Source: Octopus vulgaris (Eukaryota). From it: a DNA stretch of 64,000 bases. The stretch lies in contig OX597816.1 in assembly GCA_951406725.2 (NCBI GenBank), forward strand, positions 100,440,001 to 100,504,000, written 5' to 3'. Made by a program: the position numbers and the translations under genes. The notes under the pieces are model-generated. The model was not told the origin of the DNA. It searched no databases and worked only from the letters and a program-made list of their open reading frames with translations. Shown piece by piece: positions 43,341 through 56,997 of the stretch (position 1 is its first letter; every line of letters begins with the position of its first letter).

Positions 43341-44364
43341 GATATATATATAATACAACTTTTGCTTTCAAGGATTGAGAGATCTTATAAACATGAAAGA
43401 AATTCATATCTAGACTTGTATTTGCATTAGAAAAAAGAAGTAAAAATAAGTGCATATAAAAAGAACTGCATGATAAAATAAAGGAACTGCAAAAATATTT
43501 TTAATTTACTTATTGGCCAAGCTTTATCTTCATAATTAGTTATTCTTCTACTGTTATCTACAAAAGTCAAGTGTCAGTTGACCAAATTGACATAGTAATT
43601 GCCTGCTGGCTGAATAGTTGACTTTATACTGTTCTTTTCACTGCACTTTGTATATGGCTGTAAGATTTAATAATCTACTTCATTAGTTGTAAGATAGATA
43701 ACACAGTGGGGTACAGGTTACCATTTCAAGGTATTAGGATTTTTACTACTCTATTGGTACTGAATAGTGATATGCAATTTCAGTTATTTATATAATCATA
43801 TTGGCCACCTAATAAGAATCTATTAACTTTTCACTGCAAATAGTGACTCTTGTTTTTATATGCTGTTCTTGAGTATGGAGCCATTCTTGTTGTTGGACAG
43901 ACTTTCTGAAACAAGATGCATTAGTTTTAATGATATATTAAATTACAAAGCTGAAAAAGATAGACTCTAGATTTATATTGATTCTATTGATGGTAAAAAT
44001 AAGTTTGCCATCATTCTTTCACATTTATTCAGATGAGTATAGCAAAGATACTCTGCACTTTATTGATTTAGAACAGCTTTATTGGTCCGGTATATTGTAT
44101 TACTTGCTGAAGCAAAAAAAGATAATAGACTCAAGTGTCTCAGATTAATGGAAATTTTGATAGATCTATCAGTTTTCATCAAAGATAACTTTACTGAAGT
44201 GCAGATTAAAGGCTAAAAGGCTTCTATTTGATTGTTGGATTTCTCCCTTGTAGGGGCTCAGAAACACAACTAGTCATCCTTAACAGTGATGATTGGCTGA
44301 ATTTACCTTGAAGGCCTTACTTGCAAACTAACTACCCATATTAATCAGATAGTCATGATATGCT

Positions 44365-44600
44365 ATGTTGTTGCTGCTACAACAACAACAACAACTACTA
44401 CTACAGCTGCTGCTGCTATTGCTGCCAGGACTGCCACCACAACTGCTGCTACTACTACTACTACTACTACACAAGCTGATGTTACAGATATTATCACTTT
44501 CAACACAACTACCAATATAGCTACAAATATTTTCACTACTATTGATGATATCACCATACTAAGGCTATATGTTATCTTAACTAGGTGTTACTAGTGCTGT
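44365..44600. repeat. Compound trinucleotide microsatellite (ACA/CTA/GCT)
   Basis: Read directly from the sequence. Explains the poly-T/A and poly-V ORFs. Confidence 0.95.
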
Positions 44601-44718
44601 GGTAGCAGTAATAGAATTCCTCTTCCTCCTCGCTTTGTGATGAGAAACTCATAGACTAAAATCTATCAGGTCTGAAACCTAATAGATGTTTGCATGAGTG
44701 ATATTCAAATGAATCGTG

Positions 44719-45415
44719 GTTGAGTCAAAATGTTTTGCAATATTTTGATTACTTATTTGTTTTATTTGTCAAGTTACCACAAATACAGCCTAACATTCAA
44801 CGTAGAAGCCATCATGTTGCACCTGATGCCACCTTTCTGTCAGTTCTTTGATCCCATGCTGATTCCAGTTCTTGTCCTTTTGAAGTGAAAAACTCCTTCA
44901 CTAAAGCTTCCTTACTTTCTCTATCACTCTTATTGTAAACTGTAGGTTCAAAAATCAAGGTCAGCTGTTGAAATTATTTACATTTAAATTTGGATAACAG
45001 ATACTAAAATCAAAATATTTGCATTTGATATATAAAATCTGACAAAGTGTGGTGTCATAGCATTCTGAGTAAACTTTGTTTAAGTGAAATATTCTTTTAT
45101 GCTCTAGGCACAAAACCTGAATTTTTGGTGAGGGGGCCAGTCAATTAGATCGACCCCAGTATACAACTGGTACTTAATTTATGGCTCACTTCCTGCACTT
45201 GCAATGCTTCATTGGCCAAGAGAAAGTGGAAGCTTCAATGAAGGAGTTCTTCACCTCAAAGGACAAGAACCAGTATCAGTGTGGGATGGCAAAAAGGTGG
45301 CTTCAGATGGTGCAGCATGAAGGCCTCTACTTTGAATGTTAAGCTGCTTTTGTTGTAACTTGATGAATAAAACAAATAAGTTAGGAAAATATTGAAAAAT
45401 TTATGATGATTTAAC
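44719..45415. mobile_element. Fold-back element with ~190-bp diverged inverted arms and a captured internal segment
   Basis: 44719-44911 is the reverse complement of 45228-45415 (e.g. TAACATTCAACGTAGAAGCC / GGCCTCTACTTTGAATGTTA). Interior 44913-45182 duplicates 52775-53045. Confidence 0.9.
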
Positions 45416-45529
45416 AAAATATTAAACTGACTTTTTAAATAAATGATCTTAATCTGAGCATTACTATATCCATATTGTAGTACATATTTATGTAAGCGCA
45501 ATAAATTCTAAAAGCACAAGGAACATAGA

Positions 45530-45820
45530 TTTTGTTGAATACCAGTAGAATTCTTAGTTTCTGTTTCCTAGGAGACCTTATAAACAGTTGCGGTGGATGT
45601 TACGTAAGTATAGTAGTTAGACTAAGAAATGGCTGGAGGAAGTTCAGGGAGTTATTGCCTCTGTTGATAACAAAAAGGCCACTATCTCTCTCAGAGCAAA
45701 TGGCAGATTATGTTATGCTTTTGTGCGAACAGCAATGCTACATGGCTGTGAAACTTGGGCCATGAATGCAGAGAACATGCAAAGACTAGAAGGAAATGAA
45801 ATTAGCATACTTTACTGTGT
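45530..45820 (+). mobile_element. RTE LINE fragment (post-RT region)
   Basis: SFCFLGDLINSCGGC...RNGWRKFRELLPLL and RTAMLHGCETWAMNAENMQRLEGNE. Homologous to 62.8-63.1 kb. Confidence 0.85.
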
Positions 45821-45917
45821 GCCAAAGCAGATATTGGAGATCATCACAGTCCTCTGTTTCAACACCTTTCCTAAAACTTGTCCCTTTTGTCCTTTTCTTA
45901 CTTTCGCTCATTACCTA

Positions 45918-46759
<842 letters not shown>

Positions 46760-46760
<1 letters not shown>

Positions 46761-47970
46761 TAAATAAATAAATGGAGTTTAACGCAGGTGTAATCAAATA
46801 TTTTTACTTTCGGCACATGTTTCGAAAATTCCACTGATACTATTCAAAAGAATAAATGGTATAAACAATGCAATCTTCTCCTCAGGAAAGTGAAAAAAAC
46901 GAAACTCGTCAATAAGACATTTTAGCAAAAAATGATGGATTTGTATAGCAATTGACAGAACGCTATTAATATTGTTTAAAAAAACGTTATATGATATAAC
47001 ATCATAAGTAGCTAACAGAAAGAGTAGGGATATTAATAGTGAATGTTAAATATAAAGGAAATTAAAGTTTAAATTATATATAATGATAGAGACTACTTAT
47101 ATGCACTAAATGTATGTTTTTGCCAATGCTTACATCTGTATGCTCACTCTATAACCGTGTTTACTAGAGTATTTTTAGAAAAAAATAATGAAAAATAGCT
47201 CAGAATTGCAGAGAAGACAGAATTTCTTGCCTTTGTCATATGGTATCAAAATTGAGAGAATCAGCCATTCTAAATGAAATTGTTCATTGTGGTCTTTTAA
47301 ATTCCAAATCAGTTTGCTGAGACCGGTACTATTCCGTTTATTTCTATCCCTAAATGTTGAGTAATGGATAGAAATTCTTTTACGATGTGCTTCCAATGTA
47401 AAATCGTACTTTATTACAAGTACTGATTATACACTGGTATATAGAATTTTTAATCTTAGAGTTACTTGACATAAACTTGATTCTGTTGGAATTGACGTCA
47501 GATACAATAACCTTCTTATTAATATTTCTAGAGGGTTGGATGGTATTAGCTAAATTAATGTTAGTATTAGTAAATGTATTAATATTTAACAGTTTGTTAT
47601 TATGAGAAGAGATTATTTGCAAGAGATTTTTTGTGTTTGAAAAACCTATCCTAACCTTATGTGAATTGATAATAGAGTAATATCTAGAATTGTTTGGAAA
47701 ATTCCTAGCAAAAGCCTGATGAAACAGCAGTGGAAGATTAGATTTAATGTCTCCCGTAAGGAATTATTAACCAAATATTTTTACTAGTATTCATACCATA
47801 ATTACTTTTGAAGGTGTTATATTTACTTTTAGATCGATAATAGGGGATTAAATAAGGGTTATCTGCTTTTATTCGCTTTGCATCGGTGCGTAAGTTATGT
47901 TTGTTATCAATAATTCTTTTACGACTAGAAATCTTATCTACATTATTGAATTTATATATATAATTCTTCC
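46760..47970 (-). mobile_element. Naiad-type Penelope-like element, 3' part (linker, GIY-YIG, 3' UTR/pLTR)
   Basis: NIWLIIPY, RNFPNNSRYYSIINSHKVRIGFS, IISSHNNKLL, IYQCIISTCNKVRFYIGST, STGLSKLIWNLK, FCLLCNSE, CKHWQK. Hammerhead motif downstream. Confidence 0.85.
46806..46891 (-). ncRNA. Hammerhead ribozyme motif in the 3' pLTR; cleavage triplet mutated
   Basis: ACTTTC-CTGAGGA-GAAGATTGCATTG...CAGTGGAATTTTC-GAAA-CATGT-GCC-GAAAGT. Stem I is a perfect 6 bp, stem II is 12/13 bp including G-U pairs, and GCC replaces NUH. Confidence 0.8.
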
Positions 47971-48052
47971 AGAGCCTGCTGGCTGTTTGTGACATCAGTG
48001 ACTGAATAGTCACTGTTTTCTGCATATTGTGGGGGAAAAAATATTGGTGGGA

Positions 48053-48288
48053 GAAGGCATATAGATTAGTGGCCAGAGTATTTGGTTCAGAAGGCCATGA
48101 GTTTCATTCCTGATAACATGTTGTGTCCTTCAGCAAGACACTTAATTTCTCATTGCTCCAGCTGACAAGATGAGTTGTATTTGTAATTCAAAGGACCAGC
48201 CTTGTCATACTGCATGTTAATTTCATCAGCCGGCCACTCCATTTTTGGATCAGCTAGAACACTCACAGTTGTAACTTGCAGAGAGCCA
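48053..48288 (+). mobile_element. Family B SINE (CORE-like), internally deleted
   Basis: tRNA-like head, TGTGTCCTTCAGCAAGACACTT. Colinear with 56998-57319. Confidence 0.8.
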
Positions 48289-48329
48289 AGCTGTATATTG
48301 AGAGCAGTAAGATTTAGCTAGCATATGGT

Positions 48330-48385
48330 GAGTGGATGCTGATGAAGCACAAACATGCTGAAATCACATAATCTAATAGTTCCAC
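48330..48385 (+). ncRNA. Minimal hammerhead-like motif (relic)
   Basis: CTGATGA-AGCA-caaaca-TGCT-GAAA. Stems I and III only weakly supported. Confidence 0.45.
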
Positions 48386-48603
48386 CACTGCTACTGGATG
48401 ATTTTTCATCTGCTACCAATACGTCTGTATTTCTTTGCACTATGCACTATAATGTCTATATTTCTAAGCAAACACTGCAATATTATGGCATTCTAACAAT
48501 GCATCCACATTAACTAGAATGTAGAGATTGCTTAGATATACATGTGTTTTCCATTTACAGGTACATATAAATATATGTGCATGTGATATATATATATATA
48601 ATT

Positions 48604-48647
<44 letters not shown>

Positions 48648-48654
48648 TAAAACA

Positions 48655-48875
48655 AACCAACACCAGTTGTCATGCAGTGGTGGGAGTCAAAAACACACAA
48701 GCACACAGATATATATATATAAATAAATGACAAGCTTTTTTCAGTTTCTAATCCCCTCAAAAGTCTTTGATTGGCCCTGAGTTATAGCAGAAGACAGATG
48801 CACTCCCAAGGTGCCATGAAGGGGATACTGAACTTAAAACAATCTGTTTGGGAAGCAAGCTTCAGACCTCATATG
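48655..48875 (-). mobile_element. Family C SINE (CORE-like) relic; further copies at about 56725-56815 (-), 59650-59790 (-) and 60095-60450 (+)
   Basis: Shared motif CTCACAAGGCTTTGGT...CTATAGTAGAAGACACTTGCC...ACTGAA...AAGCAAG. Confidence 0.7.
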
Positions 48876-51800
48876 CTAAAATTAAAATTCTACTTGTGTT
48901 CTGTAATTTTTGACACAGCAATCTATAGAAATAATAATATTTTCGCCCATATAAACTTTGACACAAGCACTTTTGTCTGAAACATTTTCTAAAGGTTCTT
49001 GGTTCCAAAACAAAAAAAAACCCAGAAGAATCTAGATCATTTTAATTTCAACCTGTTAACCAAATTTTTCACTAATGTTAGACAACAGAGAAAATGAAAA
49101 AGAACATTGAATCAGCAAATACACACACACATGAAAAGATACTCAAAAACACAGCCATACATACATACAACACTTGGACATAGAGTCGGGATATAACAAA
49201 GACATAAAATAGATACATGCACACATATTTTCTTAAAGCATATGTATATAATCAGTGAGGGAGAGTGAGAAAGGAAAGAAATAAAATTGTTTACAAAGTG
49301 TCATAACTAATTTCTTCATTTTCAATACGGATTTCTTTCTATCTGAAGCAATTTTCAAAATTATGAATGTAACTTTGCTTAAATGCATCAATTGTAGCTG
49401 CTCAATCAGTTCCAACAGTGAAATAAACAACAACAGCCTAAAGCAAAAAAGATTATTAGTTTTGTACCCTCTAATACTAGGCTAGATTTTACATCTAATT
49501 TGTAGATCTGATATCAAATTTGGCTGTAGATTGACCAATGCACATTGCAGATAGGTAAAATTCATATACTCTATATATCTGAGAATATGTATATAAATAG
49601 AAAAAATGGCATCAGAGGATAATTGGAAAATAGCTTAATCAAAAGAATGGGTATGATGAGGCTAACAGTTGTCCAGATCCATACAATCCTATAAATGATT
49701 TCCCTATATAAATCCATCTAATTTCTAAGAGTAATTGAGAATAGATGGATGTATCCATGTACCTGTACATATGTGCATATGCATGTACATATAACCATGT
49801 ACATGTGTGAATGTGTGTGTGCATGCGCATGCACACACCCACACACTTTATAAAACTATAAATTTCTGTTACATACTTTATTGGTTATGTTGCTTTTCTT
49901 TGAAGAAATGGGGTCATAAGTTTTATGATAAATGTTTCTTTTTTTTTTCTATGACCAAAATTCAAAATTATAGGCTTCTCTCTATATGATTACATTAGTA
50001 TAACATATAGTAAGTATATATTTTATACTATAAAATGTCTTCCATTTTCATCAGCAATTAAATGTGTTCATCATAGAACACTTGGTTATGTGTATGAGAC
50101 CGATGGGATGCAATAACACCTTTCCTAGTGTTACTGACTAGAGGAGTTAAATTTAACACCATGAGCTAATGAAATATTCATAATTTTTTTTAATGACTTT
50201 GTAACTTAAAGCAATGAACTTAACCATCTGGTAGAAGTGTGCCAGTGAATGTTAATTTCTTGATAATTTGTGGCAGTATATCAACCCATCTTTCAGTTTA
50301 TTGTTCTAGCTTTGATAATTATTTGTAATTTTGTATATCATTTGTTTATCTAATGTCCATTTTTCCATGCAAGCATGTGTTGCATAGGTGCTTATTTGAG
50401 ATAGAATTTTATGGCTGGATGTCCTTCCTAGTTTGCACTTAACAAGTAAAAGATAACTGATAAATGTGTGTAAATTTGTTATGACATTTTTCTTTAAAAG
50501 GTTATTTGTATTAAGAAATATTTCTTCTTTAAAACTGAAATTAAAACAAATTCTTCATTTCTCCCTCTATTTCTCATACATCTTTAAATATCTCCCTTAT
50601 CATCTTCATAGTTGGCATTTATATTACTTTGTTAAACTCACTTTAATTTATTTCATGAGGTACCAAAAGTTTTGTTGCTCAACAATGAGCTAATCAATGT
50701 TACAATTCAAATCAGAAGTGAATTTAACAGTTTTATATTTTTAAATTACTAAAATTGCTTTTCCATGATGTCATTGTTTCAGTTTTAATAGACAATCTCA
50801 TACCAAGTTATTTGCTAAACAAGTACATCTCTGAAATTATCTAGATTCTTTTATTTTTGTAATTTTTGAATTTCATTGTTTATAAATAGTTCTATAAGAT
50901 TAAGGATTTTGTCTTAGCTGTATGTAAAAAATATACAAGGAAATTAATCCATTTGAAAAAAATATGAGATTGTAGAGAAATTTAAGATAGGTATACAAGG
51001 TTAGGTTTTTGAAATGTGAAATTGGATGTTCATATTCACAATGAAAGCATTCAAGTAACAAGAAAATTTGGTTAGCTCTATTTAAACTATCAGTTAACTT
51101 ACAGGAAGAAATAACCTGATGTAAAATGATCCAATGAACATGGTAATCTAATCACTAAGAATTGTATTTTTATAAAAATAAGTAATTTTCTTTCAGTATA
51201 GATTTTTCTCATTTTCATTTCTTCCTATTAATAATTCTTTCAGCTTTAAGAAAGGTGGAAAAATAGCTTTGATCTAGTCATTTTAGACTGAATTTATTTT
51301 CATTCCCAAAGTGCTACATTTCAGAAAGAAATATGTTTAATATTAACTGGTAGACTGAAAATACTTCACTGAATATGAACATCAATCCTAAAATATAGTC
51401 TAGTAGAAACTGGAAGTGGAATAAAATTGGCAGTGAAGTAATTTTATGGAAACTAGTTATGAACACGGTTAATTGATATGGTATTAACATTTCTGATATT
51501 GATTCTTATAATGATAATGTTGATGATACTGTTGATAACAGTAATTGCGTTGGCAATATTAATGATATTGATGACAGACAATGTTGTTGCTATTGTTGTT
51601 AGTAGTAGTGGTGGTGGTGAAATTAATGATTAGGAAGGTACTTAACAGTTAAGTAATACATTATAATAAAATTATGGATATTGATGTACAGAGTATATAT
51701 GAACTTCATATAATTGTATGTATCTCCACCTATTTCAGCTGTTTATTCATTTATTTTTTTAAATTTTATTTGATGGAGATACATGAAACTGAAACTTAAC

Positions 51801-51928
51801 TTGCTTTCTTCATCAGGACTTTAATCAGAACATTATTTTTCTTAGTTCATATTTAATTGGTAATTGGAAACAAACAGCATTGCAACATGATTACATGTTA
51901 TGTCCATTATGATATATGTTTGTATTGA

Positions 51929-51962
<34 letters not shown>

Positions 51963-52093
51963 TGTATGCATGATTTCAGAGTCCTTAAAAAAATTAATAA
52001 TGAAGAATATTAAAATTTATATTAAGAGGCTTCATGGACTAAATTAAATTGGATAACTATGATTTTGGCAAAATATGTTGGTGTCCTCATTCG

Positions 52094-52470
52094 TGGCACT
52101 CCATCGGTTTTGATGAGGGTTCCAGTTGATCCAATCAATGGAACAGCCTGCATATGAAATTAACGTGCAAGTGGCTGAACATTCCACAGACATGTGTACC
52201 CTTAACATAGTTCTTGGGGAGATTTAGCATGACATAGAGGGTGACAAGGCTGGCCCTTTGAAATACAGGTACAACAGAAACAAGAAGAAAGAGTGAGAGA
52301 AAGTTGTGGTGAAAGAGTACAGCAGGGTTTTCCACCACCCTTTGCTGGAGCCTCGTGGAGCTTTAGGCATTTTAGCACAATTAACACTAACAACACCCAG
52401 TTTGGGAATTGAAACTGCAATCCTATGACCACAAGTCTGCTGCCCTAACCTCTGGGCCATTGTGCCTTCA
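52094..52470 (-). mobile_element. tRNA-derived SINE sharing head and 3' tail with family B but with a different central domain
   Basis: 52094-52275 matches the reverse complement of 57140-57319. The centre (GAGCCTCGTGGAGCTTTAGG...) lacks the CORE-like motif. Confidence 0.85.
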
Positions 52471-52955
52471 CTGTTAGTGTCCTATAAACACACACACACA
52501 CACACATGCATGCACACACACACACACACACACACACATGCACACATAATGAATACTACCATTTTCACCCTAAAATGCTGCCTTTCTGTTATTCGTTAGA
52601 ATTTGTCTTTCTCTCTGAAAAACTTAGCTGTATTCTCATTCCCAACATTCTTTCTCTCCATCCATTTTGTATTTCTTTCCTTATATTTCATACAAAAAAT
52701 TTCAGTACATGAATTGATAACCTGTGGAATTATGCTTGTTACAATGTGTTCTTTTACCTTTCCTTTTTCTCTTCTACTTTCTCTATCGCTCTTATTGTAA
52801 ACTGTAGGTTCAAAAATCAAGGTCAGCTGTTGAAATTATTTACATTTAAATTTAGATAACAGATACTAAAATCAAAATATTTGCATTTGATATATAAAAT
52901 CTGACAAAGTGTGATATCATAGCATTCTGAGTAAACTTTGTTTAAGTGAAATATT

Positions 52956-53169
52956 CTTTTCTGCTCTAGGCACAAAGCCTGAAATTTTTGGTGAGGGGGC
53001 CAGTCAATTAGATCGACCCCAGTATACAACTGGTACTTAATTCATTGATCCCCAATAGGATGAAAGGCAAAGTGAGCCTCAGTAGAATTTGAACTCAGAA
53101 CGTAAAGGCAGATGAAATACTGCTAAGAATTTTGCCCCAGCATGCTAATGTTTCTGCCAGTTTGCCACC
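52956..53169 (-). mobile_element. Family A SINE, full length, with 18-bp TSD
   Basis: TTGTTTAAGTGAAATATT occurs at 52938-52955 and 53170-53187 on either side of the element. Confidence 0.92.
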
Positions 53170-54295
53170 TTGTTTAAGTGAAATATTAAGTGAAATGTGA
53201 ATCAAAAGTTTCTTCATAGCCATAATATCCACTATCCTCTTCTTCCTCTTTCACTCAATCATTTCTCACATCTTCATGGAGCTTAATCTCTCTTGCATTT
53301 TCTGCTTTTAAACTTCTACTTTCTGTTAAACATTACTAAACTTATACACTCTTATTTAGTTTACCAAGCCTTCCCTTCATCTGTATCTCTAAAATTGTGT
53401 TGTCCATTGCTGTGATCACTTGCTTCTGACAATATCTGCTTCCTCTATTAATATTGATAAGATTTAATGACTTAAACATCAAATATTATATATTTCAACA
53501 TATAAATAATACAGCCATGCATCAGGTTTCATTGTTTAACCAATTTAATATATTTGGTGCAGGTCAGAGATAATTACTCTCAGGTTTCAAAGAGGAAATG
53601 TTGGACATAAACTGCTTGAGGTACTAAATGCTGAAGGAAAGCAATATAAAGCAGACTGTTAACAACTGGTTGCTTTGGCTGTATGTCAGAGAGAATTAGA
53701 TAAGATGATTAGGGAATAATAGTTTGAGCAGCAGCAATGACAGTGATGCAAACTGGCAGAAGGCAAGAAAAATCTACAGAAGTCTAACCTGAGACTTCTT
53801 CACCCTCTACTGGTAATAACAGATAATTTATTGAATTAGCTTTTCTTGGGATAGCAAAACCAATGGCAGATGCAATGCGCAGGCTCATCATACATCTCTT
53901 TCAATGTTTTTGTGAAAATTTTATTTTCTCTCTGAAAATATGCCTTTAGGTTGATGCTAATTTTGTTAAATTTCTGAATGGAAACTTACAGACTTGGCCA
54001 AATCCTTGGAGAAATTATGTTTAACAACTGTAGAGACTCAGGAAAACTTTGTTTTAACAGGATTTTTTTTTAATAGCAAAGACAATACTGTAATATCCTC
54101 CTTCTCTGGAACCTCATCAGAATAAATGGCTTCAGATCTTCACTCATTAAAAGCATTTTTTTCAGTACATCAACTCCATGAAATTTATTAAAAGATCATC
54201 AGAAAAATGAAATAGAATCTTATCACCAGCTTGGGAATAGATTTGCTTTTATATCCTTTTGAGAATCTATAGTCACACATGTGCACACGTGTGCG

Positions 54296-54328
<33 letters not shown>

Positions 54329-56551
54329 TGTCTTTCTTTGAATTATAAGAAATTTTTGCATCTAAAATAAACCAATATTTTTCATTAAAAACATTCTTAA
54401 TCAAAGCAAGTAGCTTTCCACTTCATAGCTTTTTTTAATAAAAACCTCTTGATATCACTTTCATCATTCGACTGTGTAGTTAGTATTGATGAATGTTAAT
54501 CTTTAAAGTGAATAGTTTTCCTAGAAGGGTATATTCAATGGCTTTTAGAGATTTTCTCTTTTAAAGAAAATACTTTCCAAGGGTGTTTTAGTAACTGAGT
54601 TTGTTTATTGCTGATAGAGAACGTTGATGAAGAGAATTATATTCCATGTGAAGTTTATGCAGCTGCGAGAGTCTTATTGAATGGTTTGTTTTTATACTCA
54701 GATTGTGCTTTTATCCTTGCTTTTATTTCCTGTTTAGTAAGAAAATCACTTAAAATTTATAATCAATGAATTTGTACGTTTATTTCGGCAAAATAATTGT
54801 TATTTGCTAAGCAAGTATGTACGTTACTAAAATTCTGTATTCAAACAGCAGCATTTTTATTAGACAGACTGACAGTTGCACAAAATTGCTTATATGCATA
54901 GAACTATAGATATCATTTTTATAACATGGTTATTAAGATAAACAGGGGCCAGGAAATGTATTTTCAGGTGAATTTACACCCTCTTTTCATATCCTTTTGA
55001 CAGTTACTAGCTATGTGGGACATCTAAAACTGAAATTATTTCATTGAAAATGTTTTGTTAATGATATAGTTTTATCAAATGTTTCTTTAATATAACTGTG
55101 TTTTATCTTTTATCGTTTCATCTTTTAAAGTTTTATGCTTTAAATCCATTTCAAGTTAACTTACATTCCAGATACTACAAATAAGCATACAAATGATTTT
55201 GATTTTTGTGCTTCATAAAATTTCATCTAGAAAATAACCTACAAAAATATATGAAGTAGGTTAGCTTAGGAGTCAAGCATCAAGATAAGATTTTATAATT
55301 ATAAATTGATTATCAACATCTATAGATATTATATTCATGAATAATGGGATTCTTCTGTTTGAATTTCTCTGCTTAGCTATATTATGGACAAAAAGAGTAT
55401 TACCTGTTAAATATTTCTTCTCAGACACAAAAGCCAATTTGGAAGAACTTGTGTCAGATGAGATATGTAAAGTGTTAGGTTTAAATTCTTATATACATTC
55501 TTTTTTTACCAATCTTTATGATATGGTTGATTAACAGATATTTCAAAGAAAATATTCATTCTGTAGAAGCAATCTCAGTGATAATGGAACTTTTATCAAA
55601 TTTCTGAGTCTTGCCTGCATAAACCATGATGTAATGGCAATGGATTAAAAAAAAATTATATTATGCTCAATGATATAATTTCCTGCTCACTCAGATAATG
55701 TTATAAAGACAATTACATGTTTGAAGGAAGAAACCAATTTATTGTCATTCTATATTTATTGTTAATTTAAAATATTCTTTAACAAACTCTTTTCTTGAAA
55801 AGCCTTTTACCTAAAATCTTTATGCTATTATGAAAAAATTATATTTTAAGTTTTTTTTTTTTTATTATTCTTCGGCCTTGGTAATGTCACATTTAAATTT
55901 TCTACTATTGGTTTCTCATATACTCAGTGAATGTATGTGTATGTATGCATGTAAGCATGTATCTAACCCAAAACATGAGTCTTTCTTATAATGCTTGTAT
56001 TGTATAAATATATTATTTGTTAGGATTAAAAGGAAAATCAAGGGTGGTTGCCCTCTTTCATCTTCTCATATAGTAAACCATAATATATAAACCATGTTTT
56101 ATTGTTTTCACACTACCCTATATATCTTCTGACATCCCTGGTTACGTACTACATTGTTGATGCAATGTCATTTCTTCCAATGTGTGTTTATAATATTTTA
56201 TAGCTGATAACTTTTCATTTGAGGTAGTTTACTTCACATTTTTCTTAGACTGAATGGTCAATATTTTGCATTGTAGTTGTCATTTGAAATGCATGTATTT
56301 CGCATTCTTGGTCCATATTAACCCTTAGAATGTTTTACAAGCTGTGAAGTGCATAAACAACACAATAGTCATGTACTAACAGTTGCCAGCCCTTCAATTT
56401 CAGCAGATAGAATAGAGACTAAAATCATTGCTTTTTACTTTGCATGTTTTTTTCCTTCCTCCTGCGTTCTGTGTTTAATACAACCTAAAGCTGTTTTCTT
56501 TGATTCTGAGGAAGAATTTCAATCTGATAAGCAGTTGTCTTGAAATACATG

Positions 56552-56571
56552 CACACACACACACACACACA

Positions 56572-56627
<56 letters not shown>
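56552..56627. repeat. (CA)n(CT)n compound microsatellite
   Basis: Read directly from the sequence. Confidence 0.99.
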
Positions 56628-56631
<4 letters not shown>

Positions 56632-56997
56632 TATTTCTATTGAGATCTTTAGTGTAAAATCAGATAATTATGAAGCTATTTTTTTGCTTTATAATTCCTT
56701 TTGCTTATTTATCATTTGCCCTTTGTATCTATAGTAGAAGACACTTGCCTAATGTGACACACAATTGGAGTGAATCCAGAACCACAAGGCTGGAAAACAA
56801 ACTTCTTTACTCACAACCAAATGTTTCAAACAAAGGGATATATGGTTCTCAATTAGCTGACACTTGTGATGATACAATGCTATTACTAGTAGATTGACAG
56901 ATTACCTATTCCAGATAATATTCTCAAATTTTAGACATTTCTAATCAGTAGTTTTCAGTTAATCTGCTTTTATTTGAGACATACATTCTGTTATGTG

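Noticed and set aside
44355-44594. Mucin-like or poly-Val membrane ORFs
   Set aside because: They come from a compound trinucleotide microsatellite.
46895-47180. Selenocysteine UGA or SECIS element in the Naiad fragments
   Set aside because: The in-frame TGAs seen fall at non-Cys positions (likely decay of CGA or TGG), and I could not identify a convincing SECIS fold by eye.
53540-54270. Possible exon or TE-coding relic (WLLWL-like translation)
   Set aside because: Multiple stops in the frames I checked and motifs too weak to assign.
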